DNA of 64,000 nt from Felis catus (taxonomy: Eukaryota). The notes beneath the pieces are model-generated. The model made no database searches. It had not been told where the DNA came from and worked only from the letters and a program-made list of their open reading frames with translations. Shown in pieces: positions 11,824 through 24,270 of this stretch. A program made the translations under genes and the position numbers. Numbering within the stretch: position 1 is the first letter of the stretch; every line of letters starts with the position of its first letter. The stretch is taken from assembly GCF_018350175.1 (NCBI RefSeq), contig NC_058368.1:61816001-61880000 (forward strand), read 5' to 3'.

Positions 11824-13352
11824 TACTATCTTTCTTATATTATGGTGAATTACAGACTTAATATTTTCAAATTACCTTAGCATATATAAAATATATTTAT
11901 TGCTGATTACCAAAGGGTGCACTTGAGGGAGATATTAGACTCCACATCCCCCTTTTATGTTTTCAACCAACATAATTAATATAAGAGAAAGATAAATAAT
12001 GTAAGTGATTAACAGTGAGATAATGGTAAACATTCTGGCATATTTATTTAACTGAGTTTCACTATATCATTTTGAAACTAACACAAATATTAGAAGTGTT
12101 TAGGCTGTGATATTTAGTGGAAGAATAGGTATGCAGTATTATATGGACATAGACCTATGTATATTTTAAACCATAAACAAAAATAAATACACCAATATAT
12201 AATGGTCCATATGAAAATATGAGTAATCATTTAATATTTTCTTTAAAAGAAATTATTATCCTTTACACCATGAAAATAATATTTAGAGAGAATAAAAATG
12301 AAGAAGTTGAACACATGAGATAATTTGACACAGCAACTTCAAAGTAAAACATTGTTGATCAATGTGAAGGGATGATGTCTTTTGAAACACACTTTAGGAT
12401 TATCATTGAGAAATTAAGCGTATTTAATTTAACTTTAACATATTCCTCAGGTAAATAGTGGGATTTTTTCTTCTTTAAATATTAAGAGAGGTAATGATGA
12501 ACATATCTTCACAATTATAAGATTTTTACATTTGGCTCACATGAAAAATCTCCACTCCATAAGCTAAAATTAAGTGTGAATTGGTTGTTAAATACATGAT
12601 ATAGTTAATGTAAACTGGATGAACAGATACAATTTGTCTCTAAGCTAACTGACATTTAGTCTTCCTCATCTCTATTCTCTCAGTGTCTAGGCATTGTTCT
12701 CAAAATTATCTAGTTCTCATAAATTCTTGGAACCCTTTGTAGGTTTAAGGTATCAGTACAGAATCCTAGAAAAGAACAAAGATTTTAAACCTCTACCAAA
12801 GAAGAATGGCCAGTAAGCATTTCCTTTTGGCACAGAATTATATTTTTAAAATAATTACCATAGAGGAGAGAGGAATAAAAATTCTTTTTAAATTGATGCC
12901 TTAGTATAATATAAGGAAATTACTCATCAGTCCAAATCCACCTGTCTTGTCTTTCCATAATTACTCACATAACACAAAAATAGACTCATGGTCATCCTGA
13001 AAGTTTGGCAGTGTGTGATTCCATCTCTTTATTTTTTTAGATATCACATGAGAGGCAGTATCTTATAATGTTTGAGGATATCAGACATCTTAAGGTGTGT
13101 GAGGAACACAGTATCAGTATCTTATGATGTGTGAGGAACATAGACATGTGTTCAAAGATACAAGCTACCACCCACCAATTGTTAGTCTACATCCTTGTCA
13201 GCTTTCCAATTCATAAAATTAGATATACACATGTATTAGGTTAAAGGGTTAGCTGCCGCAACCAAAAAATAATAAGGATAAGAGTAATAATAATTATAAT
13301 TAATAATAATAATAATAGAAAAACATAATAAAGCAAAGGTTAAGTTAATATT

Positions 13353-13388
13353 TATTTCTCCTGTATGTATTATTTCTCCTGTATGTAT
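13353..13388. repeat. Perfect 18-bp tandem duplication (TATTTCTCCTGTATGTAT x2)
   Basis: Directly visible. Confidence 0.9.
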
Positions 13389-14419
13389 CATTTCATCTGA
13401 TACTGATTGAATTATTAATCAGGACCATGTATATACGTTCTGTATATTGAAAATGTCAGTAAGGAGTTTCTTAAAATAATAAAAGGTGGGGGACAGAAAA
13501 GCAAGGAGAAAAAGAAGAGAACAGAAAGGAGAAAGGAAAGAAGAAAGGAGGAAATAAGGAGAAAGTTGATAAAGAAGAGGAGAAAATTTATCTGCATCTT
13601 TCAAAGTATTAATATTAACACGGTTCAATATTTAGTTTGGTGAAACAATGATGACTGGTTCAAATATATTTTCTCCAGTTTTTCCAATCAACTGTGCTAT
13701 TCACCTTGTAACAAAGGATGGTTGATGATCAATTAGGCCACATTCTTTCACTATTTCACTTAATGGAAATAACATTCAGGGGATCCAGAACTTATGCTGC
13801 CTTAACATTTTAGTAGCATTGAAACTGTGTATCATTTTCTTTACTAAGATATGTATTTTAATGGGGAATTAGGGAGAGGAGTAACATGGAAAGCTATTTT
13901 TAACACAAACGTTTATTTGAAACATTTTTATTTCAGGTTAAACACTTGGCGAGAAGCCACCAGAACAAAGTTTACTGGCAAAGACACAAACACCCCACAT
14001 ACATACAGATAGTCAATAAATGTAATTAAAAACAAGCCAATGTAGTTTTTATCTCATTTATTTATCTGAATATAGAGCGGAGCTAATATTTTTGGGCTGC
14101 TAGCTTTATTTTCCGATAACAAACAACCATTGCTCAAGTGATTGAAATAATTTATTGTAGGTATTTACACTATGATTAATCAGGGGGATTGAAATAACAT
14201 CTTCTCAATATTATGCTTAATGCACAATAGAAATATTATTTTAAAAACAGCTAAAAATATTCATTGAAAAACATTTATCCTATATCTACATAAAATTTCA
14301 CCAATCCAGAAATGGACAGTCCACAGATAAATGTTCCTACATTCTTTCTATGTGCTTAGAATTGTATTTTAAGTTTTGAAAAAATGTGAAAATTCTAAAA
14401 TAAATTTTTACTATATTAT

Positions 14420-16601
14420 TGTTAGGGGTGAGAGTGAGCATCTGTGCTAGGTGAATGGAGTTCTTGGTCTTTGGATTCCCAGGAGAAGATTTACATGTGT
14501 ATCCACCCTAGAATAAAGCCAGGCAGAAGGAAAGTAGCAGGCACCAAGCAGTGAAAGTGAAAGTACACACTGAAGGCAGGAGAGTGGGTAGGTTCCCCCT
14601 AGGTTGTCCTGGAATTGGATATTAGTAGGTCTCTCTGGGCTGGGAGGAGCTGTGATGTGCAGTGGGAAGTCTCCAATGGAGGCTGCTTCCAATCATTTGG
14701 GAAACTCCTCTCACAGGTTGAGATGGAATTTTGTACCTTACAAGTTTTGTACCTCAAGGCAGCCTTTCTCCATGGTGGTGAGGGGTACAAAACAATAATA
14801 CACCAATAATACACCAATGCAGGTGTATTAGTGTATACACCTGTATTAGTGTATACAATGCAGGTGTATAAAGCAATAATACACCAATGCAGGTGTATTA
14901 TTTTTTTTTAATTTTTTTAATTTTATTTTTTTAAATTTACATCCAAATTAGTTAGCATATAGTGCAGGAGAAGATTCCTTAGTGCCCTTTACCCATTTAG
15001 CTCATCCCCCCTCCCACACCCCCTCCAGTCACCCTCTGTTTGTTCTCCATATTTATGAGTCTCTTATGTTTTGTTCTGCTCCCTGTTTTTATATTATTTT
15101 TGTTTCCCTTCCCTTATGTCCATCTGTTTTGTCTCTTAAAGTCCTCATATGAGTGAGGTCATATGATATTTGTCTTTCTCTAATTTCACTTAGCATAATA
15201 CCCTCCAGTTCAATCCACGTAGTTGCAAATGGAAAGATTTCATTCTTTTTGATTGCCAAGTAATACTCCATTGTGTATATATACCACATCTTCTTTATCC
15301 ATTCATCCATTGATGGACATTTGGGCTCTTTCCATACTTTGGCTATTGTTGATAGTGCTGCTATAAACATGTGGGTGCATGTGTCCCTTAGAAACAGCAC
15401 ACCTGTATCCCTTGGATAAATACCTTGTAGTGCAATTGCTGGGTCATAGGGTAGCTCTATACTTAGTTTTTTGAGGAACCTCTATACTGTTTTCCAGAGT
15501 GGCTGCACCACCTTGCATTCTCACCAGCAACACAAAAGAGATCCTCTTTCTCCGCATCCACGCCAACATCTGTTTTTGCCTGACTTGTAAATGTTAGCCA
15601 TTCTGACAGGTGTGAGGTGGTATCTCATTGTGGTTTTGATTTGGATTTCCCTGATAATGAGTGATGTTGAGCATTTTTTCATGTGTCAGTTGGCATCTGG
15701 ATGTCTTCTTTGGAGAAATGTTTATTCATGTCTTTTGCCCATTTCTTTACTGGATTATTTAGTTTTTGGGTGTTGAATTTGATAATTTCTTTATAGATTT
15801 TGGACACTAACCCTTTATCTGATATGTCATTTGCAAATATCTTCTCCCATTCTGTTGATTGCCTTTTAGTTTTGCTGATTGTTTCCTTCACTGTGCAGAA
15901 GCTTTTTATTTTGATGAGGCCCCAGTAGTTCTCTTTTGCTTTTGTTTCCCTTTCCTCCAGAGACGTGTTGAGTAAGAAGTTGCTGTGGCCAAGATCAAAG
16001 AGGTTTTTGCCTGCTTTCTCCTCGAGGATTTTGAGGGCTTCCTGTCTTACCTTGAGGTCTTTCATCCATTTTGAGTTTATTTTTGTGTATGGTGTAAGAA
16101 AGTGGTCCAGGTTCATTCTGCATGTCGCTGTCCAGTTTCCCAGCACCACTTGCTGAAGAGACTGTCTTTATTCCATGGGATATTCTTTCCTGCTTTGTCA
16201 AAGATTAGTTGGCCATACATTTGTGGGTCCATTTCTGGGTTCTCTATTCTGTTCCATTGATCTGAGTGTCTGTTTTTGTGCCAGTACCATACTGTCTTGA
16301 TAATTGCAGCTCTGTAGTATAGCTTGAAGTCTGGGATTGTGCAATTCAGGTGTATTATAATGTGTGTAGGGGTTACCCTGGGGCAAAGGTAGAGGAGGAA
16401 ACCACATGTTCAGCCACCTTGATCTGAATTCCCAAGGACTTGGAAGTCACAGGTCAGGATGTTGTGCCCTCGGGCTTTTAATATTTAACACATTTATCAG
16501 CATCCTTTCCTCCTGCTCAAGTCTGTATCATTCCCCTTCCAGGACTTGGGACTCTGCCTCAGGCATTCCCTCCACTGCAGCTGTCTAGTTTCTACTTAAC
16601 A
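14420..16601 (-). mobile_element. ERV1-class LTR split by an L1 insertion (pieces 14420-14901 and 16342-16601)
   Basis: Inverted termini TGTTAG…TTAACA and LTR-like composition. The halves rejoin across the L1 TSD. Confidence 0.7.
14902..16341 (-). mobile_element. 5'-truncated feline L1 (~1.44 kb; ORF2 3' part, 3'UTR, poly(A))
   Basis: ORFs 15679-16149 and 15089-15400 are L1 ORF2 (LTPYTKINSKWMKDL; WIKKMWYIYTMEYY). Poly-T from 14902. 17-bp TSD CAAT(G/T)CAGGTGTATTAT at 14885-14901 and 16342-16358. Confidence 0.97.
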
Positions 16602-16699
16602 CAGGGATGAAATGAAGGAAGCAGAGAAGGGAAAGAGCTGGACTGAATTAGTTGATTGACTGGACCCATTTGGTACATGGAAAATTTTCTCACATCCAA

Positions 16700-17615
16700 C
16701 AATTTGAAATTCATTCAAGTCCAACTATTAAAGAAAAAACAAACAGAAAACACCTTCAGATCTTCTAGCAAAAGAAACAACATAAAAAGACAAGAGAATT
16801 AGAGTTCTGAAAAGCATAAAAATAAAAACATCAATATAGCTGCATTTTCAAAAATCTTAAAAGAAAAGAAGCTGAACCAATAATTACTGTTCATTAATTA
16901 TCAAGGCTGTAACAAATATTGGTCAGATATGCATAAACTCAGGGAAAATTATATTCAGGAAACGCTCTTGAACAAAATAGAGAAATATGATCTTCACACA
17001 ACAAATAAGTTGGCAAATCAGCAAAATCTAATGCTAAGCATTCACTATATAGACATAATTGTAAATCTAAAACTAAAATAAAGGAAGACGGGATTAAAGA
17101 ACGCTGTGTAGATGTTTTACGTTCAGAAATCTACAGAAATCATAATAAAATAGGAAGACAGTGAAGAAGAAAAAAAGAAAAGGAGATAAAACTCATTGAT
17201 AATTGTACAGGTTATATGTAGATACCATTAAAAACTGAAAAATAGACATAAAATATTAAGTGAAACATAAGAAAATAAGAACATTAAAAAATGTCAAACA
17301 TTCAAAGATAAAACTATGGAAACAGTACAAAACTCTATAAATCAGCAAATTAAATGAATAAAAACAGCAGGAAGCAATTCCACAGAAAAAGAAACAGGGC
17401 TAATATGTAAAATGTAGTAATTAAGATAAGAAACTATGATGAAAGAGTTGAGATGCAACAAAAGTCATAGTTTAATACTTCTCTTAAAGGAAAGAAAATT
17501 TCTATTTGACTTGCACAGCAAAATTCAACTATATACAATATACAAAAGACACACATAAAAAATTTTTAAAAACTTCAAAAAAAAAAAGACAGGCAATGAA
17601 ACACCAGCCAAATTC

Positions 17616-17616
<1 letters not shown>
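16700..17616 (+). mobile_element. Ancient L1 inter-ORF/ORF2-start remnant
   Basis: A-rich decayed sequence ending in an EN-start-like stretch (caactatatacaatatacaaaagacacac). Confidence 0.55.
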
Positions 17617-17647
<31 letters not shown>

Positions 17648-17680
17648 GAACAAAAACAAAAAAAAAAAAAAAAAAAAAAA
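17617..17680 (+). repeat. ~64-bp poly(A)-rich tract
   Basis: Two pure A runs separated by CGAACAAAAAC. Confidence 0.95.
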
Positions 17681-17699
17681 CACTGTCTTTCTCACAGAG

Positions 17700-18990
17700 T
17701 AAGGTGGCTGGGGGACGTGAGGGGGATCTGGGGAACCAGGGTTACCAGAAAGTAAGAGAATGTCACCTGAAAAAGGAGTCCGAAAAGGCAACTACAAATT
17801 CATACACCAATCTCATTTCTTTCACCCCGATTTCCATGTGTGCAAGACAAGCTAAGAGAAGCTAGGAGCTAGGCATAAAGAACAACGTTCTGAAATGATC
17901 CAGTGCCCACCTCAATATGGCAGACTGCAAGTTGAGTCTTAACCAAGTTGGGTGGTTGTTGAAACAGCAATCTCCAAGTGTTTTAGAAGACTGCAACAAA
18001 GCTTACCATCTATGCAGTATGCACACTGTATAAATACATTTACAGTGTTTAGAGTAAAAACCAAATTGCTCAACATATGAAGAGAGAAAAAAATGGGACT
18101 AGCTCTCAAGGGACAAAAAAAATCAATGGGAGACTACCATAGGATTGCCCATTAGCTGGAAATATCAGTTAGAAACTACCTAGGCTCAAAGGGTTGAAGA
18201 AATATGCTCTCACAATAACTGATAATAAAGAAAAATTGAAAAGCAAATAGAGACCTTTATAAAAATAAACAAAAAACAAAACAAAATAATTAAAATAACT
18301 AAAATAAAATTTAAATTAAACAGAAGTGAAATCTCTACCTGAAAATTAAATCTAAAATATATTTAAAAAGAATCACTGGATAAGCTTAAGAGTAGAATGG
18401 AGATGACAGAAGAGAGTAAGGAAACTTCTAGATACAACAGAAAAATCTAATCTGAGGAAAAAGAAAAAAAGAATGAGTACACATAACAGAATGTCAATGA
18501 TGTATGGGATAATTTCAATACATTTAACATATTTGGAATTGGAGTCCCAAAGGGGAGGAGAAAGAGAGAATGGGATAGAAGAAATAATTTCAGCAATATT
18601 GGCTAAAATTTTCTTTTTTTTTCTTTTTTTCAATGTTTTCATTTATTTCTGAGACAGAGAGAGGCAGAGCATGAGCAGGGGAAGGGCAGAGAGAGAGGGA
18701 GACATAGAATCCAAAGCAGGTTCAAGCTGTCAGCACAGAGCCTGATGCAGGGCTCGAACTCACAGACTGTGAGATCATGACCTGAGCTGAAGTCGGATGC
18801 CCAGATGACTGAGCCACCCAGGCACCCCTAAAATTTTCTAAATCAGTGAAATACTTAAATTTGTGGATTGAAGAAGCTTAGGAAACCCCGATCAGATAAA
18901 TTCAAAGAGATGAATACTAGCCAAAGTATAGTCAACTGCTAAAAAAAAGAAAAGAGACAATCATGAAAGCAGCGAGAGAAAAAATAAACA
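17700..18990 (+). mobile_element. Ancient L1 5' region/ORF1 remnant
   Basis: ORF1-like DNA: agaatggagatgacagaagagag…taacatatttggaattggagtcccaaaggggaggagaaagagagaatggg…ggctaaaattttc. Confidence 0.75.
18615..18828 (-). mobile_element. Can-SINE (feliform SINEC)
   Basis: Full element; TSD TAAAATTTTCT at 18604-18614 and 18829-18839. Confidence 0.95.
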
Positions 18991-20464
18991 ACATGGTTTC
19001 TCTGGATGTTTTCCATTTCTTCAAGCCATCAATATAGTAGGTTCTCCATATTTAATGTTCAAACTAACTGAATTTGATAATAATTTCACAAATGGTGTTT
19101 AGCTGTCACATATTCCCATTTTTACTAAAGCAAAGAGTCATATGATACATGTTCAGTAGAAGACCATCATTACACCCTCTGTCTTTAGATTCAAGGGCAA
19201 ATCCAAGGTATTCCTCTTCTTTAAATCTCACAAGGATGAAAAGAGAAGATGAAAGAAGGAGGAAGAGAAGGAGTAAAATAAAAGAGAGATGGGGCATTTT
19301 CTATATCCAACAAAATTCAGGGTATAGATTCTTATATTGTGAGTGGTGACATGTTAGCAAGCAATTATTGAAATATGTGTTAGAGTATAAATGGGTCTGG
19401 GGAATTTGGGAAGACTGAGGGGTGGGGCGGGTAAAGTCCAGTACTAAGTGAATGAAAAGAAGAGTAATGAGCTTTTGTAATATTGTCATTTTCTGTGACA
19501 TACAAGAGGGGTGATTGGAGGTCATGAGAGAAGGGATATAGAAATAGTCATGCTGGGAGAGAGACGTTCATCATCATTATAATTACCAATATTTCTATAA
19601 TTATCTTCATCTTTTTTTCCTCCTCATCATCATTCTTCCTTAGCAAGAATCAGCTTGAAGTCAGGTAAAAGGACTGGCTAAACCTTCACCAATAAGGTTT
19701 ATTTATTATTTTAATCCATTGTTGCTGCACTATTACTTGTAATTTCATAAAGAATATAACTTTGTTCTTATAGTTAGTTCTCTAAGTCATGGTTGAACTA
19801 TTTTTTTAGATTTAAGATACTATGTTCAGGCATTATTATGCTTCATAACATCTTTAACTTTAGTAATTATGAAAATGTAATAATTTTAATGTAATATCAA
19901 TAAAACAAGCTAATGAAAGTTCAGATTCAGTTTAGGAAAATTTTAAACTTTTGGCTTTTTGTTTAAAATATTAAATTGACGGGCCTCTCATTTCAACTTA
20001 CTGAAATAAAGAATTTATTAAAATTGGAAACTTGCTGGTAATTTAGTCCTGTTATTGGTTTAGTCTTTGGTTTTAATCATTTAATAGATTTTCAATTACT
20101 TCAACTCAACATGAAATTTCAGCTTTGTTTTCCTTCTATAATTATGTAAATCATAATAAATTCTCCTGCATTCCTGTGACATATTATCAATATTCTTTTT
20201 ACTATTTAACTTTATAAATGGAATAGCCAGTCCAATGGTCAGTTATATTGATCAACTTTATTGCATTTTAGAATATTTATTCAATTTTTGCATAGCTACT
20301 CAAATGAAGCTTATTTTGTGTTATTAAATGATTCAAACTATATATCATATGTTTAATATATAATGCTATATTTAATATACATACTTAATATATATTACAT
20401 AAATATAATTATATTTGTTATAATATAGTATATAATATATAATATAAATCAAATATTTATATAT

Positions 20465-21246
20465 TGTCATAGACTCTGGGTCTAAAGTTCTCTCTTGCCT
20501 AGCAAAAGACTGGGATGCAGAATTGAAAGCAAAAGATGGCTAATGTCAGGAAAAGACAAGAGCCCTGAATAAGGGTCCTTGCCCCATTTTTATTAGGATT
20601 AGAAGGCTCACAAACATGATGATGGAATTGCACAAAGGGACAATGAATCTGTGAACATTAACTTGTGGACATGAGGATATTTGTGGCTGGGGGTTTGGGT
20701 TAATACAAAACAAAATCTGACACTGGGCAGTCGGGAGAAGGTTGTTTACAGTGGACATGAGGCAGCACCTCTGTTTACTTTAGCTAGCCTTGGGGATGAA
20801 ACAGATAGGGGGAGGAACCTCAGGGTTGACAAAGCACCTTTTCTTTTGTTAACCATCTCCACTCTGGGCTGCTTTGCCTGTAGCACAGTGGTCCATAGTC
20901 CAATTCACCAATTTACCTAACTTGATCCTATTCTTCTGTGAAAGCAGCTTTTTCTGCTACAGTACTAAATTTGGGGTGCTTTCACCCTGAATATCTAATC
21001 TTGTTTATTTCATATACCTATGTATTGGGCACCTTTGTGCATTTCTATTTTAGGCCTTTGCCTCTCCCTCTTTATTTTGGGGTGCCTTTGCCCCTTCCTA
21101 TTCCTGGCACCTTTGTGCCTCCCTATTCTCAGGGTGCCAGTCTGGTTTACCCAAACTTGGATGTGAGCATTTTATGACTTTATATTTCTTTATGCCTTAT
21201 TAACCCATTAATTTAAACCAGGGGATTCCTACACTTATTCCCCACA
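20465..21246 (-). mobile_element. ERV1-class solo LTR (782 bp)
   Basis: TG…CA termini (TGTCAT…CCCACA) with perfect 4-bp TSD ATAT at 20461-20464 and 21247-21250; inserted in an AT-rich tract. Confidence 0.88.
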
Positions 21247-21323
21247 ATATATGTTTAATGTAAATGTTTTAAAAAGCAAATTCACAGGACTTAAATTGCA
21301 ACTGTTATTTAAAAAGAACTGTT

Positions 21324-21522
21324 ATTTTTTTAAATGTTTATTTATTTTTTGAGAGAGAGTGAGCAGGGGAGGGGCAGAGAGAGAAGGAGACAGAATCTGA
21401 AGCAGATTCCAGACTCTGAGCTCACAGCACAGAACCTGATGTGGGGCTCAAACTCATGGACCAGGAGATCATGACCAGAGCTAAAGTTGGATGCTTAACA
21501 AACTGAGCCACCCAGGCACCCC
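21324..21522 (-). mobile_element. Can-SINE
   Basis: T-tail, AG tract, head ...GAGCCACCCAGGCACCCC. Confidence 0.93.
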
Positions 21523-23541
21523 TGTTGGAACTAGTTTGGTTGACAGATCAGACTCACAATGTCACAATGTTGACACAAGCTCAAAACAAAACCATGAACT
21601 AAAAAACCTTGTCCTTGAAGATTCACAATATGATAGTCTTTAATTTTATTTTATTCTTGGGATAAATATTTATTAAGGAGAGGGCACTCTATTTTGAGAA
21701 ACAATGCTTCTGAGTTCAAAGTATAATCACAAACACTTCTCAGGTAACAATTTCAAAATTTTGGAATAAAACATCCCAACTCATTGCTGAACTTCATCTT
21801 TAGTTCAAGTACAATAAGAATATGTGTAGCTAGAATCCAGCATATGGGAAAGGGAGACTTCAAATTATTATTACGTTACTTTCTTTTCCTCTTAAACATC
21901 TTAGCCTGAAGTTGTGGATGGCCACTGTAGATGATCCTTTCCAATTGGCTATGTTAAAGGTTAGAGAAAAAAGAGCATCTAGTAACTTATGAGTTTGTCT
22001 TTTGTTATTTCAGAAGACCACTGCTGCAACTCAGAGAGGTCCTTAGAGAATGAGGACTTTCTCTGACAGCATAATTTCCCCAGTATCAAATCCATTTTGA
22101 GGAAAAATTGTCACTTTCCAGTTGATCAGGGGTCACAGGTGGAAACAGAGACCACAGAGCATCATAATCATTCCCTACAGGTGAAGGCTCAGTTGGAGTG
22201 TGAATGGCAATGGTAACAAGACAAAGAGCTTCACCACTAAAATTCCATCAGAGAAGTTATTACAGTGTTTGGCTTTATGGATTCTGTCAAAGAGAAATGA
22301 CTTTAGCTGCTACCGACTGCTAGCTGTAACCCCTGCCAAGTTCTATATAGAGGCTAGTGGAACAGCTTGTTGAAATTTCAATAGAGGCTGACTCAGGGAA
22401 AAAAAAAATAGTAGTGCCATATAGTCTTCATCTGAGCTGCATTATGACTTTCAGAGAATTCAATATATAGTCTGTATTTATTTCCAAGTATAAATCCAAT
22501 TTGAGATATTCCCAATTGTATAGTTCTCCCAGGCATTTGGCTTCATACAACTTCACAATCATATAAAACTTGCCTAGTAAGTAAATATTTAAATCTAAAA
22601 GAAAACTATTTTTGCTGTGGTAGGAGATATGAGTTTTTTTCCACCACTTAATTAGCCTACTTATTCCTTCAGAGAAAATAGCAACTAGTCACTTAGTCAC
22701 TTTTTTGTGTGTGAATTTCAGAAAAAAATTCCTTGCTAATTAGAAGTGGATGAAAGAGCATTGCAAGACCAAAAACATGGACATAAAAGAATCAATATTT
22801 TAGAATACCTAACATACATCAATAAGGTCATAACTGGGTAGAAATTTATAAGGAAGTAAATAGTCAACAGTCATGGAAGCCATCTTTCATTTCACATACA
22901 AGGTATTGACTGGTTAAAATAAGCATTTATCCAAATTTACATTTGTGAGATATTGGTCTTCAAACATTTTTTTCAGGCCCATAGAGGAGACAGTTCAAAT
23001 TTTGTTAAGGCTATCAGAGAGTGCATGGCCACTTATCTCACTGAATTAAAATGTTTTCACTAAAACTAAATAGATCCTTGTTGTTGATTTTATCTTCAAT
23101 TAAAATATTTAGAAAGATACACTTGAATGTGGTCCTGTACCAGAGAAAAGCTATAGGATTCTATTACATTTTACAAAGAAAGAAGACAAATAACTTTCTT
23201 TTTCAAGCATTTATCATATCAATCAATACACTCAAAAGAGGGGAAAAATGTATACATAATTAAAAGAACATTTTTGCTTATCTGTCATGATCTAGTGAAG
23301 AAAATTTTGAGGTAAATAAAGAAAATAGCTTGGTTATTAAAAAAACCCACTGTCCTTTACTTCAGCTATGAATTAAATTAGCAAATGTAGATTTAATTAA
23401 CAGCATGCGATAAAAACATACTACAGGGAAATCTGGTTACCTAATCTAAAATTATTTATTTAAATTTGAAGCAATAGGCAAAGATAGCCACATGTGTCCG
23501 GGAGATAACAGCTTAGATCTTTCTTTGTTAAAACATCAATT

Positions 23542-24270
23542 TAAATATTGTTTTCCATTCTATAAATTGCCTTTTCATTGTGCTTATTTTTTTCTTTTGC
23601 TGTGCACAAGCTTTTAAGACTGATGTAGTCCCACTTGTTTATTTTTGCTTTTGTTGCCTGTACTTTTGGTGTCACATGCAAAACAATTCCATCGTCATGA
23701 CCAATATCAAAGATCATTTCCCCTATGTTTTCTAAGTTTCTTTTTTTTTTTATTTCAGCTCTTACATTTAAGTCTTTAATCTATTTTGAATTAATTATTG
23801 TGAATGAAGTAAGGATAGGAGTCCAAAATCTTTTTTTGCATATGAATATCCAGTTTTCCTAAAATCATTTATTGAAAAAAAATCTTCTCCCATTGTGCAT
23901 TCTTGGATCCCTTGTCAAATATTACTTGACTCTTCATGCATGGGTTTATTCCTGCCTCTCCATTTTGTTCCACTGTGCTATGTGTTTGTTTTTCTGCCAG
24001 TAACACACTTTTTCATTACTGAACTTTTGTAGAATAATTTGAAGTCAAGTGTGATGCTTCTAGATTTTTGTTGTTGTTGTTAAGGTTGCTTTGTCTATTT
24101 GGGATTTTTGTGGTCACATGTTAATTTTAGGGTTACTTTTTTTCTACTTTTGTGAGAAATACCATTGGGATTTTGATAGGGATTTCATTGAATCTATAGA
24201 TCACTTTGGGTAGTATGGACATTTTAACAATATTAATTCTTCCAGTCCTTGAGCACAGACTCTTTTATTT
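23542..24270 (-). mobile_element. Inverted 5' segment of an L1 (ORF2)
   Basis: Reverse-strand ORF2 DNA (tgctgtgcacaagctttt; gggtagtatggacattttaacaatattaattcttcca). Confidence 0.9.

Noticed and set aside
14793..14901. Repeat-spacer look suggesting a CRISPR array (also 13056-13145)
   Set aside because: Mammalian context, no unique spacers, irregular direct and inverted units, no cas genes.
17506..17865. Poly-Lys and poly-Phe ORFs
   Set aside because: Translation of the A-tract.
20330..20464. Self-complementary AT-rich stretch
   Set aside because: Low-complexity (TA)-rich DNA; the palindromy is trivial.
22014..22138. Plus-strand acceptor TTTTGTTATTTCAG with a possible donor CAG|GTGGAA
   Set aside because: Weak donor, stops in all frames, no partner exons.
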